In this document: piece by piece, positions 20,032 through 29,116 of the stretch | Numbering within the stretch: the first letter of the stretch is position 1 | Layout: each line of letters begins with the position of its first letter | Source of the DNA: Bacteroidales bacterium | GTDB taxonomy: Bacteria > Bacteroidota > Bacteroidia > Bacteroidales > UBA932 | Length of the DNA stretch: 64,000 bases | Reading direction: 5' to 3' | Assembly: GCA_028691975.1 (NCBI GenBank) | Contig: JAQUYF010000004.1 | Coordinates: 53-64,052, forward strand | Position numbers and translations under genes: made by a program | Notes under the pieces: generated by a model | Told to the model about the DNA's origin: nothing | The model's database searches: none | What the model saw: only the letters and a program-made list of their open reading frames with translations

Positions 20032-21468
20032 ATGGAAAAAAAGGATAATATAATAGAGGATTTTACTCAAAATGAGTATCAGCACGGGTTTGAGACTAAG
20101 CTTGATCAAGACTTTATTCCGAAAGGGTTGAGTGAGGATATTATCAAACTTATTTCCGCAAAAAAGCAAGAACCGGAATGGTTGCTTGAGTTTCGTCTTA
20201 AGGCTTTCAGAAAGTGGCAGACAATGAAGATGCCGACGTGGGCACACCTTAAGATACCTGAGATTGATTATCAAAATATTATTTATTACGCTGCTCCAAA
20301 GCAGAAATCTGATAAGCGAGAAATAGATCCGGAACTCGAAGCCACTTTTGACAAATTGGGGATTCCTCTTCATGAGAGAAATGTACTTGGGGGTGTGGCT
20401 GTAGATGCAGTGTTTGATTCCGTGTCGGTAAAAACCACATTTAGAGAATCTTTGGCAGAGAAAGGCATTATATTCTGCTCTTTTTCCGAAGCCGTAAGGG
20501 ACTATCCTGAGTTGGTAAGAAAATATCTTGCAACAATTGTTCCTGCGGGGGATAATTTTTATTCTGCGCTTAACTCGGCTGTGTTTAGCGATGGTTCATT
20601 TTGTTACATTCCAAAAGGCGTAAGATGTCCGATGGAGCTCTCAAGCTACTTCAGAATCAATGCAAAAGGTACCGGACAGTTTGAAAGGACTTTGCTGGTG
20701 GCGGATGAAGGCTCTTACCTTAGCTATCTTGAAGGTTGTACAGCCCCTCAAAGAGATGAAACTCAACTACATGCTGCTGTCGTGGAGATTATTGTGGAGC
20801 AAGATGCGGAGGTTAAATATTCTACTGTACAGAATTGGTATCCCGGAGATGCTCAAGGCAGAGGCGGTATTTATAATTTTGTAACAAAGAGAGGTATTTG
20901 TAAGGGGACCAACAGCAAACTTTTCTGGACTCAGGTTGAGACCGGTTCGGCAATTACATGGAAATATCCGAGCACAATTTTAAAAGGAGATAATTCCATT
21001 TCAGAATTTTATTCGGTAGCTGTTACGAACAACTATCAGCAGGCTGATACCGGAACGAAGATGATCCACCTTGGCCGCAATACAAGCAGTAGAATTGTTA
21101 GTAAAGGCATTTCCGCCGGAATGAGCCAAAATAGCTATAGAGGCTTGGTGAAGGTGGCCCCTAATGCTGAAGGAGCCCGTAATTTTTCTCAGTGTGACTC
21201 TTTATTGCTTGGAGATAAGTGTGGTGCCCATACATTTCCGGTAATTGAGAGTGATAATCATTCGGCCATAATCGAGCACGAAGCCACAACTTCAAAGATT
21301 AGTGAAGATCAGCTGTTTTATTGCCGACAGAGAGGTATTACGGCTGAAGATGCTGTCGGCCTGATTATTAATGGCTATGCAAAAGAAGTATTAAATCAAC
21401 TTCCCATGGAATTTGCAGTTGAGGCCCAAAAATTGCTGCAAGTTTCACTTGAAGGAAGCGTGGGTTAA
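20032..21468 (+). CDS. sufB: Fe-S cluster assembly protein SufB
   Basis: A 478-aa protein with conserved SufB blocks ([45 protein letters not shown]). sufC and sufD lie downstream. Confidence 0.96.
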   Translation: MEKKDNIIEDFTQNEYQHGFETKLDQDFIPKGLSEDIIKLISAKKQEPEWLLEFRLKAFRKWQTMKMPTWAHLKIPEIDYQNIIYYAAPKQKSDKREIDPELEATFDKLGIPLHERNVLGGVAVDAVFDSVSVKTTFRESLAEKGIIFCSFSEAVRDYPELVRKYLATIVPAGDNFYSALNSAVFSDGSFCYIPKGVRCPMELSSYFRINAKGTGQFERTLLVADEGSYLSYLEGCTAPQRDETQLHAAVVEIIVEQDAEVKYSTVQNWYPGDAQGRGGIYNFVTKRGICKGTNSKLFWTQVETGSAITWKYPSTILKGDNSISEFYSVAVTNNYQQADTGTKMIHLGRNTSSRIVSKGISAGMSQNSYRGLVKVAPNAEGARNFSQCDSLLLGDKCGAHTFPVIESDNHSAIIEHEATTSKISEDQLFYCRQRGITAEDAVGLIINGYAKEVLNQLPMEFAVEAQKLLQVSLEGSVG

Positions 21469-21483
21469 AAAAGTTGAAAGAGA

Positions 21484-22125
21484 ATGTTTAGTACGAATTT
21501 TATTTTATTCAGTTTGGGTGGTGTTGGCGTAAGCCTTTTAGAGTTGCTTTCAGTCCTTTCCGGACTGACTTGTGTCTTTCTTGCCGGCAGGGGTAAGACA
21601 CTTAATTTCTGGTTTGGGTATGTTTACTGCATACTGCTTTTTGCGCTATTTATGCAAAAGCATCTTTATTCAAGCATGATATTGCAGCCGATATCAATGG
21701 TTATCAATGTGATAGGACATTATAGGTGGACTCATCCGAATGAAAAAGAAAGAAATAAAGACAAGGAGTTGATAGTGACAAAAATGTCAGCTCCCTTCAG
21801 GGCTTTGAACGTTATACTGGTCGTGCTTCTGGCTTTAGTTTGGGGATGGATAGTACAGCAGATCGGTCAAATTTGGCCGGATGTGTTTCCGCCTGCCAAA
21901 ATCCCTATACTCGACTCTTTTGTAACTATGATGATTTTGACTGCACAGTATCTTTCTGCGCAGAAAAAAATCGAGTGCTGGGCTGCATGGCTGGCTGTAA
22001 ATATCACAAATATTATTCTATATATTCTTGCAGGACTTGTCTTTATGCCTATAGTGAGTGCCTGCTATCTTGTATTGGCAGTATTAGGATATAAGTCTTG
22101 GAAACAACAAATGAAGGAACAATAG
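21484..22125 (+). CDS. PnuC-family transporter (paralog 2) embedded between sufB and sufC
   Basis: A 213-aa multi-TM protein with the same block pattern as the pnuC at 4132..4836 (LSGLTCVFLAGRGKTLNFWFGYVY, GHYRW, ECWAAWLAVNITN). Gaps are 15 nt to sufB and 1 nt to sufC. Confidence 0.7.
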   Translation: MFSTNFILFSLGGVGVSLLELLSVLSGLTCVFLAGRGKTLNFWFGYVYCILLFALFMQKHLYSSMILQPISMVINVIGHYRWTHPNEKERNKDKELIVTKMSAPFRALNVILVVLLALVWGWIVQQIGQIWPDVFPPAKIPILDSFVTMMILTAQYLSAQKKIECWAAWLAVNITNIILYILAGLVFMPIVSACYLVLAVLGYKSWKQQMKEQ

Positions 22126-22126
22126 T

Positions 22127-22870
22127 ATGTTAACAATTAAGGATTTGCACGCCTCTATAGGGGACAAAGAAATATTAAGGGGGATCAATTTATCCGTCAA
22201 CGAAGGCGAAGTACATGCAATTATGGGCCCCAACGGTTCCGGTAAAAGTACTCTTTCAGCTGTGCTTGCCGGCAGGGAAAGTTATACGGTAACTTCCGGA
22301 GAGGTGATATATGAAGGCAAAAATTTACTTGAATTAACTCCCGAGGAGAGATCCTGGGCCGGTATTTTTTTAGGATTCCAATATCCTATAGAGATTCCCG
22401 GAGTTTCAAATGTTAATTTTATTAAAGCGGCTGTCAATGAGCATCGGAAGCAAAAAGGGCTTCCTGCCCTCTCCGCAGCCGAGTTTTTGAAACTGATGAG
22501 GGAAAGAATGGCCTATGTAGAGATGGATAGCAGTTTCTCTTCTCGTGGGGTGAATGTGGGGTTTTCCGGAGGAGAAAAGAAAAGAAATGAAATATTCCAA
22601 ATGGCAATGCTTGAGCCGAAGTTAGCCATACTGGATGAGACGGATTCGGGACTTGATGTTGATGCTTTGAGAATTGTTGCAACAGGTGTAAATAAGATGA
22701 GAAGACCTGATAACGCTACTATCGTGATTACTCACTATCAGAGGCTGCTTGACTATATTGTACCGGATGTGATACATATCCTTTACAAGGGGAAGATCAT
22801 CAAGACAGCCGGAAAAGAGCTGGCTTTAGAGATTGAGAAAAAGGGCTACGACTGGTTGATAAACGAGTAA
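22127..22870 (+). CDS. sufC: Fe-S cluster assembly ATPase SufC
   Basis: Walker A GPNGSGKST, ABC signature FSGGEKKR and Walker B ILDETDSGLD. Confidence 0.97.
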   Translation: MLTIKDLHASIGDKEILRGINLSVNEGEVHAIMGPNGSGKSTLSAVLAGRESYTVTSGEVIYEGKNLLELTPEERSWAGIFLGFQYPIEIPGVSNVNFIKAAVNEHRKQKGLPALSAAEFLKLMRERMAYVEMDSSFSSRGVNVGFSGGEKKRNEIFQMAMLEPKLAILDETDSGLDVDALRIVATGVNKMRRPDNATIVITHYQRLLDYIVPDVIHILYKGKIIKTAGKELALEIEKKGYDWLINE

Positions 22871-22874
22871 TGAT

Positions 22875-23876
22875 ATGAAGCAAAACTACATATATTCTCC
22901 TGCGCTTGCTACCGGATTTAAGTGTAAGGTGCCTTTAAAGGATGCCTGTCAGTTGTTTATAGTCAACGGTAAAGTTCAGGGTGGCATTTCTCCGTTTGTT
23001 TTGGATCTGAAAGATGGAGAAAATCTGTCGGAAACACTGCAATTGATAAGTGTACGTAATGAGCAGCACTTGGGGGATTTAGAATATAGTGAAGCTTTCC
23101 ACTTCGGAAAGAATTCAAGAGGTAAAGTGGTGATGTGCTCTCATACATTCTCTTTAGATGACTTCGTTACAAGAGAGAATGTAAATATTATACTCGAATC
23201 GGGCGCCCGCGCTGAATTTGTTGTGATGCAGAATGAACACAACAAGGCAATTCATAATGCCAAGTTTTCCATAAAAATGGCAGATCATGCCTGTCTGACG
23301 CTGGTTTTCCTTTCTCTCCACGGAGGAGAGATAAATAATACCGTAACCGTTGATATGAATGGGGAATATTCCGAATGTAACCTTGGCGGACTTTATCTGA
23401 CTGATTCGACTCAGTTGATGAACAACACTATTGATCTGAATCATTTTGTGCCAAATTGTAAGAGCAACCAGCTTTTCAAAGGAATTCTCGACGATAATGG
23501 GATTACAAGGTTTTTCGGTAGAATAAATGTTGCTCCCGGGGCTCAAAAAACGGAGGCTTTTCAGGCAAATCACAATTTACTGATATCTGATAAGGCAAAA
23601 GCTTATTCAAAGCCGCAGCTTGAAATCTATGCGGATGATGTAAAGTGCAGTCACGGTGCGACTGTTGGCCGACTTAATGAGATGGAATTGTTTTATATGC
23701 GTACGAGGGGAATTCCTTCAGCTGAAGCACGATTGCTCCAACAGATGGCTTTTGCATACGAGGTTCTCGAGAAAATTTCAAATGAAGAACTTCGTGAAAG
23801 AATGCAGTCCTTAGTCGAAAAACGTCTCAGAGGCGAGTTTTCACAGTGTAAAAACTGCAGCAAAAATTGCTGTTAA
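22875..23876 (+). CDS. sufD: Fe-S cluster assembly protein SufD (short, 333 aa, Cys-rich C-terminus)
   Basis: Conserved SufB/D beta-helix C-terminal blocks (PQLEIYADDVKCSHGATVG, FYMRTRGI). It ends ...SQCKNCSKNCC. Confidence 0.85.
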   Translation: MKQNYIYSPALATGFKCKVPLKDACQLFIVNGKVQGGISPFVLDLKDGENLSETLQLISVRNEQHLGDLEYSEAFHFGKNSRGKVVMCSHTFSLDDFVTRENVNIILESGARAEFVVMQNEHNKAIHNAKFSIKMADHACLTLVFLSLHGGEINNTVTVDMNGEYSECNLGGLYLTDSTQLMNNTIDLNHFVPNCKSNQLFKGILDDNGITRFFGRINVAPGAQKTEAFQANHNLLISDKAKAYSKPQLEIYADDVKCSHGATVGRLNEMELFYMRTRGIPSAEARLLQQMAFAYEVLEKISNEELRERMQSLVEKRLRGEFSQCKNCSKNCC

Positions 23877-25196
23877 TTATTTGCGTTTCAGTTCAATAAT
23901 ATAATCAACACAGGAACTGTCAATTTGATCGAGGGTAATGCGTATTCCTGTTTTTTCTTTTTTAAACTTCAGTGGTTTGGCCTGGTCGAATGTTTTGGCC
24001 GAAATCAGCTTAATGTTGTCCAACGGAAGAAATATTTCCGTCAAAGTATCATCTCCAAGGTCATCAGGGAAAATGTGGAGCCATATCCTATCCTCTTTTT
24101 CCGTCACTACACCCCACTTTTGAGGAGGAATCAGGGTACTTCGAGTTCCGTAAATTGTCTCTCCATATTTTGAGAGCCATTCTCCAATACCTTTTAGACG
24201 TTCAAGTGCAGCTTCCGGCAATTCTCCATTTGGTTGAGGGCCGATATTCAGGAGCAGATTGGCATTACGTCCGGCTGTGCTGACGAGATATTTGACAATA
24301 GCCGATATGCTCATATAGTTTTGATCCGTAATGCGGTATCCCCAAGAGTTATTCATGGTTTGACAGGTTTCCAGCGGAAGGGAACTAATTCCACCTTCAT
24401 GCCAGCCTGCCGAATTTTCACCGGGGACATCCCGTTCGAATATTTGAATATCCTCTCCCGGAATAGGGGTAAGGTGGTGATTGTTGCCAACCAGACAGTT
24501 AGCCTGCAAGCTGTGGATGAGAGGATAGAGTGTGTCATAACCCCAGTCAAAGTCGGGATGATCGCTCTGGTCCCAATGTCCATCCAGCCAGATACAGCCG
24601 ATTTTGCCGTAATTTGTCAGAAGTTCAGTCAATTGACCTTTCATGAAATTAAGATAGCTGTTCCACTCTCCGTTCATAGTTCTGCCAGTCCCCGTGCCTG
24701 TTCTTCCAAGGCTGTAATCTTCTCTATACCAATCTAATGTGGAATAGTAGAAGTGCAGTCTTATGCCCTGTTTTGCACATTCCTCCGACAGTTCCTTCAA
24801 AACATCTCTTCCGAAAGGAGTTGCATCCACAATATTGTATGGACTTTGCTTTGTTCCGAACATGGAAAAGCCGTCATGGTGTCGGGAAGTTATGCAGATG
24901 TACTTTGCTCCGGCTGCTTTAATGGCTGAGACCCACTTCTCTGCATCAAAATGGCTTGGATAGAATGCAGAAGCGAGTTTTGCGTACTCTTGATAGTTTA
25001 TGTTCTGGTTGGTCATCACCCATTCTCCCTGTCCGAGCAGAGAGTAGATACCCCAATGGATGAAGATGCCGAACTTGTCATCCTGAAATTCTTTTTGAGA
25101 TTGAATAACCTCTTGTGTAGGCAGATAACTCTGAGCTGATGCGCTTATCGCAAGCAGCAAAAGAGTAGCAGATAAACTGGCATTTAAGTGTTTCAT
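23877..25196 (-). CDS. Alpha-L-fucosidase, GH29
   Basis: Signal peptide, then the GH29 motifs FGIFIHWGIYS and TSRHHDGFSMF. Confidence 0.9.
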   Translation of the reverse strand: MKHLNASLSATLLLLAISASAQSYLPTQEVIQSQKEFQDDKFGIFIHWGIYSLLGQGEWVMTNQNINYQEYAKLASAFYPSHFDAEKWVSAIKAAGAKYICITSRHHDGFSMFGTKQSPYNIVDATPFGRDVLKELSEECAKQGIRLHFYYSTLDWYREDYSLGRTGTGTGRTMNGEWNSYLNFMKGQLTELLTNYGKIGCIWLDGHWDQSDHPDFDWGYDTLYPLIHSLQANCLVGNNHHLTPIPGEDIQIFERDVPGENSAGWHEGGISSLPLETCQTMNNSWGYRITDQNYMSISAIVKYLVSTAGRNANLLLNIGPQPNGELPEAALERLKGIGEWLSKYGETIYGTRSTLIPPQKWGVVTEKEDRIWLHIFPDDLGDDTLTEIFLPLDNIKLISAKTFDQAKPLKFKKEKTGIRITLDQIDSSCVDYIIELKRK

Positions 25197-25198
25197 GA

Positions 25199-26185
25199 TT
25201 AGTATCCTTGTGCTTTAATTTCTATTTCAGCTCCTTCGGGAGTAATAAGGACGTGTCCCACTTCGGGTTTTGCGAGATGTCCTATTATATCATAATCATG
25301 GAATTCCTTCCGGAAGGCATCGTGTTTTTCAATTGGAACAGTGAAAATGAATCTGTAATCGTCTCCACCGTTGAGAGCCGCCGTAATAGCGTCCATGTTA
25401 ATCTCTTCGGCCATCTCAAAGGTGTGTGAAGATAAGGGAATCTTCTCTATATATATTTTTGCTCCCATTTGCGTATCACGTGTAAGTTGAATGACGGAGG
25501 TGGCGAGACCTTTGGTAATAAAGTATCCTTTTGAAGGATAAATTTCTGCATCTGTAAAACGATTCAGTATGTCTGAATGAATTTCAGGGCTGAGATAAGA
25601 GGCGAGTATGTATTTATATTTGCTCAGATCCGGCTGCTTGGACGAATCTTTATTGAATGAAACTTTTTCTCTCTCCAGGACATGAAATCCCATGTATGCT
25701 GCGCCTACATTGTCGGTAAGACAGATAAGGTCCATATTTTTAGAAGCCGGCAGCATCTCGAGAACTCCGCGCTTCTGTACACCGCAGGCAGCGAGACTCA
25801 GGCAAAGACCGTTCACAGAGGGGTTGAGATCGAGAGAGAGGTGCTTAATTGAGTGTTCTTTTGCAGCAGATAGAACTCCCTGCCAGATCTCCTCAATGTT
25901 TTCATAGCAAAACTTACTTGAAATACCCATATTCACAGAGAGGGAAGTAGGGTTATAAAACTTGGCATATAACTCTCCGATCACGCATAATACAACTTTA
26001 TATCCGAGATGACGTAATGGGGTATATGTCAAATCAAAATCAACTCCTTCAAGCAATATTTTATGTGCCATACAGCACTCTCCCTTTTCTGTAAGTGTCG
26101 TTGTATATTCATTTTTGTAATCACTTCCATCAAAAAGTTTAGTGATAGCGTTTGTTTTGCCTAAAGATTGCAGTTCTGTCCTCAT
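25199..26185 (-). CDS. ThiL-like (AIR synthase/PurM-fold) protein, annotated by similarity as thiamine-monophosphate kinase
   Basis: Overall ThiL-like layout, and the conserved C-terminal block GGDDYRFIFTVP matches ThiL GGEDYELCFTVP. The N-terminal metal-binding GDD motif appears to be replaced (KGECCMA). Confidence 0.6.
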   Translation of the reverse strand: MRTELQSLGKTNAITKLFDGSDYKNEYTTTLTEKGECCMAHKILLEGVDFDLTYTPLRHLGYKVVLCVIGELYAKFYNPTSLSVNMGISSKFCYENIEEIWQGVLSAAKEHSIKHLSLDLNPSVNGLCLSLAACGVQKRGVLEMLPASKNMDLICLTDNVGAAYMGFHVLEREKVSFNKDSSKQPDLSKYKYILASYLSPEIHSDILNRFTDAEIYPSKGYFITKGLATSVIQLTRDTQMGAKIYIEKIPLSSHTFEMAEEINMDAITAALNGGDDYRFIFTVPIEKHDAFRKEFHDYDIIGHLAKPEVGHVLITPEGAEIEIKAQGY

Positions 26186-26200
26186 ATAATTAGATTTTTA

Positions 26201-26208
26201 CAAATTTA
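26201..26208 (-). promoter_or_regulatory. -7 promoter box TAAATTTG for the ThiL-like/fucosidase pair
   Basis: Perfect TAnnTTTG on the minus strand, 15 nt upstream of ATG 26185. Confidence 0.5.
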
Positions 26209-26275
26209 TCAAAAAAGGATTAAATACGGAAATTAATAGTAACTTGCGTATCCGTTTGAAAAACTTTAACTTAAA

Positions 26276-27031
26276 ATGATCTTCTTTCCTAATGCCAAAA
26301 TCAACCTCGGGCTTAATATTATTGAGCGTCGTGTAGATGGGTTTCATAACATAGAAACGCTCTATTATCCTTGTTATCAGATGACTGAAATGCTCGAAGT
26401 TGTTGCGCAGCCTGAGACAGCCATGTATATCTATGGATTGAAGGTAGATGGAAATCTAATGGATAATCTGTGTATGAAGGCATATCGCCTTCTTGCAAGG
26501 CATTACGACTTGCCTCCGGCAGGAATACATCTTTACAAAAAAATACCGATCGGTGCAGGATTGGGTGGAGGTTCTGCTGATGCGGCCTTTACTCTGATGG
26601 CGTTAAACAGACTGTTTTCTCTTGATATAAGTGACGATGACTTGGCCGGCTATGCGGCAGTACTTGGCAGCGACTGTCCACTTTTTATCTACAACAAGCC
26701 GATGATTGCCCGAGGGCGTGGAGAGATCCTGACTCCATATCGTGATATTCTGGATGGATATAAGATAGAGATAGTTCATCCGGAGATTTTTATTTCCACG
26801 AAAGAGGCATATTTGGGTGTTACTCCTCATAAGGCAGAAGTGCCCCTGGAAGAGGCGCTCAAATACCCTGTTGAGCAGTGGCGTGAAGTGTTGTTCAATG
26901 ACTTTGAAGAGAGTATCTTCAAAAAATACCCTGTTCTGGCTAAAGAGAAGGAGTTCCTTTACAACAGAGGGGCTGTTTATGCTTCTTTATCAGGATCGGG
27001 CAGTGCGTTATTCGGACTGTTCGGATCGTAG
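26276..27031 (+). CDS. ispE: 4-diphosphocytidyl-2-C-methyl-D-erythritol kinase
   Basis: N-terminal FPNAKINLGLNI, GHMP kinase motif PIGAGLGGGSADAA and late motif SGSGSALFG. The C-terminus looks short. Confidence 0.9.
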   Translation: MIFFPNAKINLGLNIIERRVDGFHNIETLYYPCYQMTEMLEVVAQPETAMYIYGLKVDGNLMDNLCMKAYRLLARHYDLPPAGIHLYKKIPIGAGLGGGSADAAFTLMALNRLFSLDISDDDLAGYAAVLGSDCPLFIYNKPMIARGRGEILTPYRDILDGYKIEIVHPEIFISTKEAYLGVTPHKAEVPLEEALKYPVEQWREVLFNDFEESIFKKYPVLAKEKEFLYNRGAVYASLSGSGSALFGLFGS

Positions 27032-29067
27032 TCCCATATTAGTTGATAGTCTAAAAGCTTCTGCTCTAAATTAGCCCTTAATACCTTAACTTTTACCTTG
27101 TCGCCAAGGTTGAAGATACGGCCGCTTGCTTTGGCAGTGGTGCGATATGTCTCTTCGTCAAATACGAGGTAATCTTCCTTAACCTCTTTGATGAATACCA
27201 TGCCTTCAATCTTAGTCGGTTCAATCTCTACATAAATGCCCCACTCTGTAAGACCTGAGATATATCCCTCGAATTCCATTCCTACCTTGTCCTGCATAAA
27301 TTCAACTACCTTGTATTTGATGCTGGCGCGTTCCGCCTCGGTAGCAAGTTGCTCCCTTTCAGATGAATACATACAACACTCTTCATAATACTGTTTATCT
27401 TGTGAAGGAGCTTTATCCATGTAGAGGGTAAGAAGACGATGTACCATCATATCAGGATAGCGTCTTATGGGAGAGGTGAAGTGTGTATAATATTCAAAGG
27501 CAAGGCCATAGTGTCCGACATTGTCGGTAGAGTAACGTGCTCGAGCCATTGATCGCAGAGCAAGTATTTCGAGAGCATTCTCTTCCGGCTTGCCTTTGGA
27601 TTGAGACATAAGCTCGTTCAATGACTTGGAAATACTCTTCGGATCATCAGTTTCCCCCAGAGTGTAGCCAAAATTCTTTGCGAAAGAGCGAAGCCCGGCA
27701 ATCTTGTCGGGATTAGGGTTCTCATGTATTCTATATACAAATGTCGGGTTCTTCATCCCGCATTTACGTGCTACAAATTCAGCCACATTGCGGTTAGCTA
27801 AAAGCATAAACTCTTCAATAAGCCAGTTACTCTCTTTTGACTCCTTCTGGTGTACATCTATCGGCTTTCCGTCAGGGTCGATTTCGACTTTCATTTCAGG
27901 TCTTTCGAAGTTGATGGCGCCATGTTCAAATCTTTTCCTGCGTAATATCGTAGCGAGCTCATGGAGAAAGAGGATCTCGTTACAAAGAGGTCCTTTTTGT
28001 GTCTCAATGATCTCCTGTGCGGTCTCGTAATCAAAGCGATAGTCAGAATTTATGACAGTTCTTCCGAACCAGGACTTCAGCACATTGGCGTTGTTGTCCA
28101 TTTCAAAAACTGCGGAGTAGCAAAGTTTATCTTCCTTCGGCCTCAATGAGCAAAGTTTGTTGGAAAGGTTTTCGGGCAACATTGGAATAGTGCGGTCAAC
28201 AAGATATACTGATGTTGCCCGGTTGAAGCCTTCTTTATCGACGACGCTACCCGGTGTTACATAAAATGTGACGTCAGCTATGTGGATTCCTACCTCTACG
28301 TGTCCATTATCAAGTTTTTTGAAAGAAAGAGCATCATCGAAATCCTTTGCGTCTGCAGGGTCGATGGTGAATGTGGTAACATCTCTAAAGTCGCGTCTGC
28401 GGTTGATTTCCGACTGTTCGATCTTTTCGGAGATCTTGTTGGCGGCTGCCTCCACTTCAGGTTCAAACCTATACGGAAGATTATATTCAGCTAAAATAGC
28501 GTGCATCTCAGTGGTGTTTTCTCCCGGTTTACCGAGAACATCTACGATTTTTCCGATAGGCTCTGTAGATTTGCGTGGCCAACCGGTAACCAAAACCGCC
28601 ACTTTCATTCCCTTTTCGGCCTTGATGCCGCCGATAGTAGGAAGATCTTCGAGGCTTTCAACGGGGATGCGAATGTCGTAAGGCATATTTTTGCTCTCAA
28701 CGATGGCCCAAACCTGATTGCCCACAATATGGAGAATTCCGATATGTGGCTTCTTAGAGCGCTCGATTATGTAGATAACCTCTCCCTCAATGCGGTGAGG
28801 TCCTTTGGTGCTTCTTTTAGGGATAGATACTTTTACCTTGTCCCCGTTCAGGGCTCCGCGCAATTTGCGGAAAGGAATAAAAATATCATCTTCAATATCA
28901 GGTCTCGTAACAAAACCAAACCCGTCACGAGCGAGGCTTAAAACACCCTCAACCTCTTCGCGGGATTTGCTTCTTCTGTCTCCTTTAAATGGCTCCTGGG
29001 CTTCTCTGGCGTTGGTTTTCAATTTACTTGAGTGTTTGTTAATATCTTTCTTTTTCTTTGTCTTCAT
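26977..29067 (-). CDS. rnr: Ribonuclease R
   Basis: Basic N-terminus, cold-shock-like domains, RNB domain (TIDPADAKDFDDALS, HYGLAFEYYTHFTSPIRRYPD) and a C-terminal S1 domain. Start set at the internal ATG (MKTKKKKD). Confidence 0.93.
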   Translation of the reverse strand: MKTKKKKDINKHSSKLKTNAREAQEPFKGDRRSKSREEVEGVLSLARDGFGFVTRPDIEDDIFIPFRKLRGALNGDKVKVSIPKRSTKGPHRIEGEVIYIIERSKKPHIGILHIVGNQVWAIVESKNMPYDIRIPVESLEDLPTIGGIKAEKGMKVAVLVTGWPRKSTEPIGKIVDVLGKPGENTTEMHAILAEYNLPYRFEPEVEAAANKISEKIEQSEINRRRDFRDVTTFTIDPADAKDFDDALSFKKLDNGHVEVGIHIADVTFYVTPGSVVDKEGFNRATSVYLVDRTIPMLPENLSNKLCSLRPKEDKLCYSAVFEMDNNANVLKSWFGRTVINSDYRFDYETAQEIIETQKGPLCNEILFLHELATILRRKRFEHGAINFERPEMKVEIDPDGKPIDVHQKESKESNWLIEEFMLLANRNVAEFVARKCGMKNPTFVYRIHENPNPDKIAGLRSFAKNFGYTLGETDDPKSISKSLNELMSQSKGKPEENALEILALRSMARARYSTDNVGHYGLAFEYYTHFTSPIRRYPDMMVHRLLTLYMDKAPSQDKQYYEECCMYSSEREQLATEAERASIKYKVVEFMQDKVGMEFEGYISGLTEWGIYVEIEPTKIEGMVFIKEVKEDYLVFDEETYRTTAKASGRIFNLGDKVKVKVLRANLEQKLLDYQLIWDYDPNSPNNALPDPDKEA

Positions 29068-29074
29068 AAATAAA

Positions 29075-29082
29075 TATCTTTG
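29075..29082 (+). promoter_or_regulatory. -7 promoter box TATCTTTG for gpmI-dnaE
   Basis: Perfect TAnnTTTG, 34 nt upstream of ATG 29117. Confidence 0.55.
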
Positions 29083-29100
29083 CTTTTGGTAAATAACGAA

Positions 29101-29108
29101 CAAATTTA
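29101..29108 (-). promoter_or_regulatory. -7 promoter box TAAATTTG for rnr
   Basis: Perfect TAnnTTTG on the minus strand, 33 nt upstream of ATG 29067. It supports the shorter rnr start. Confidence 0.5.
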
Positions 29109-29116
29109 ATAAAAAT

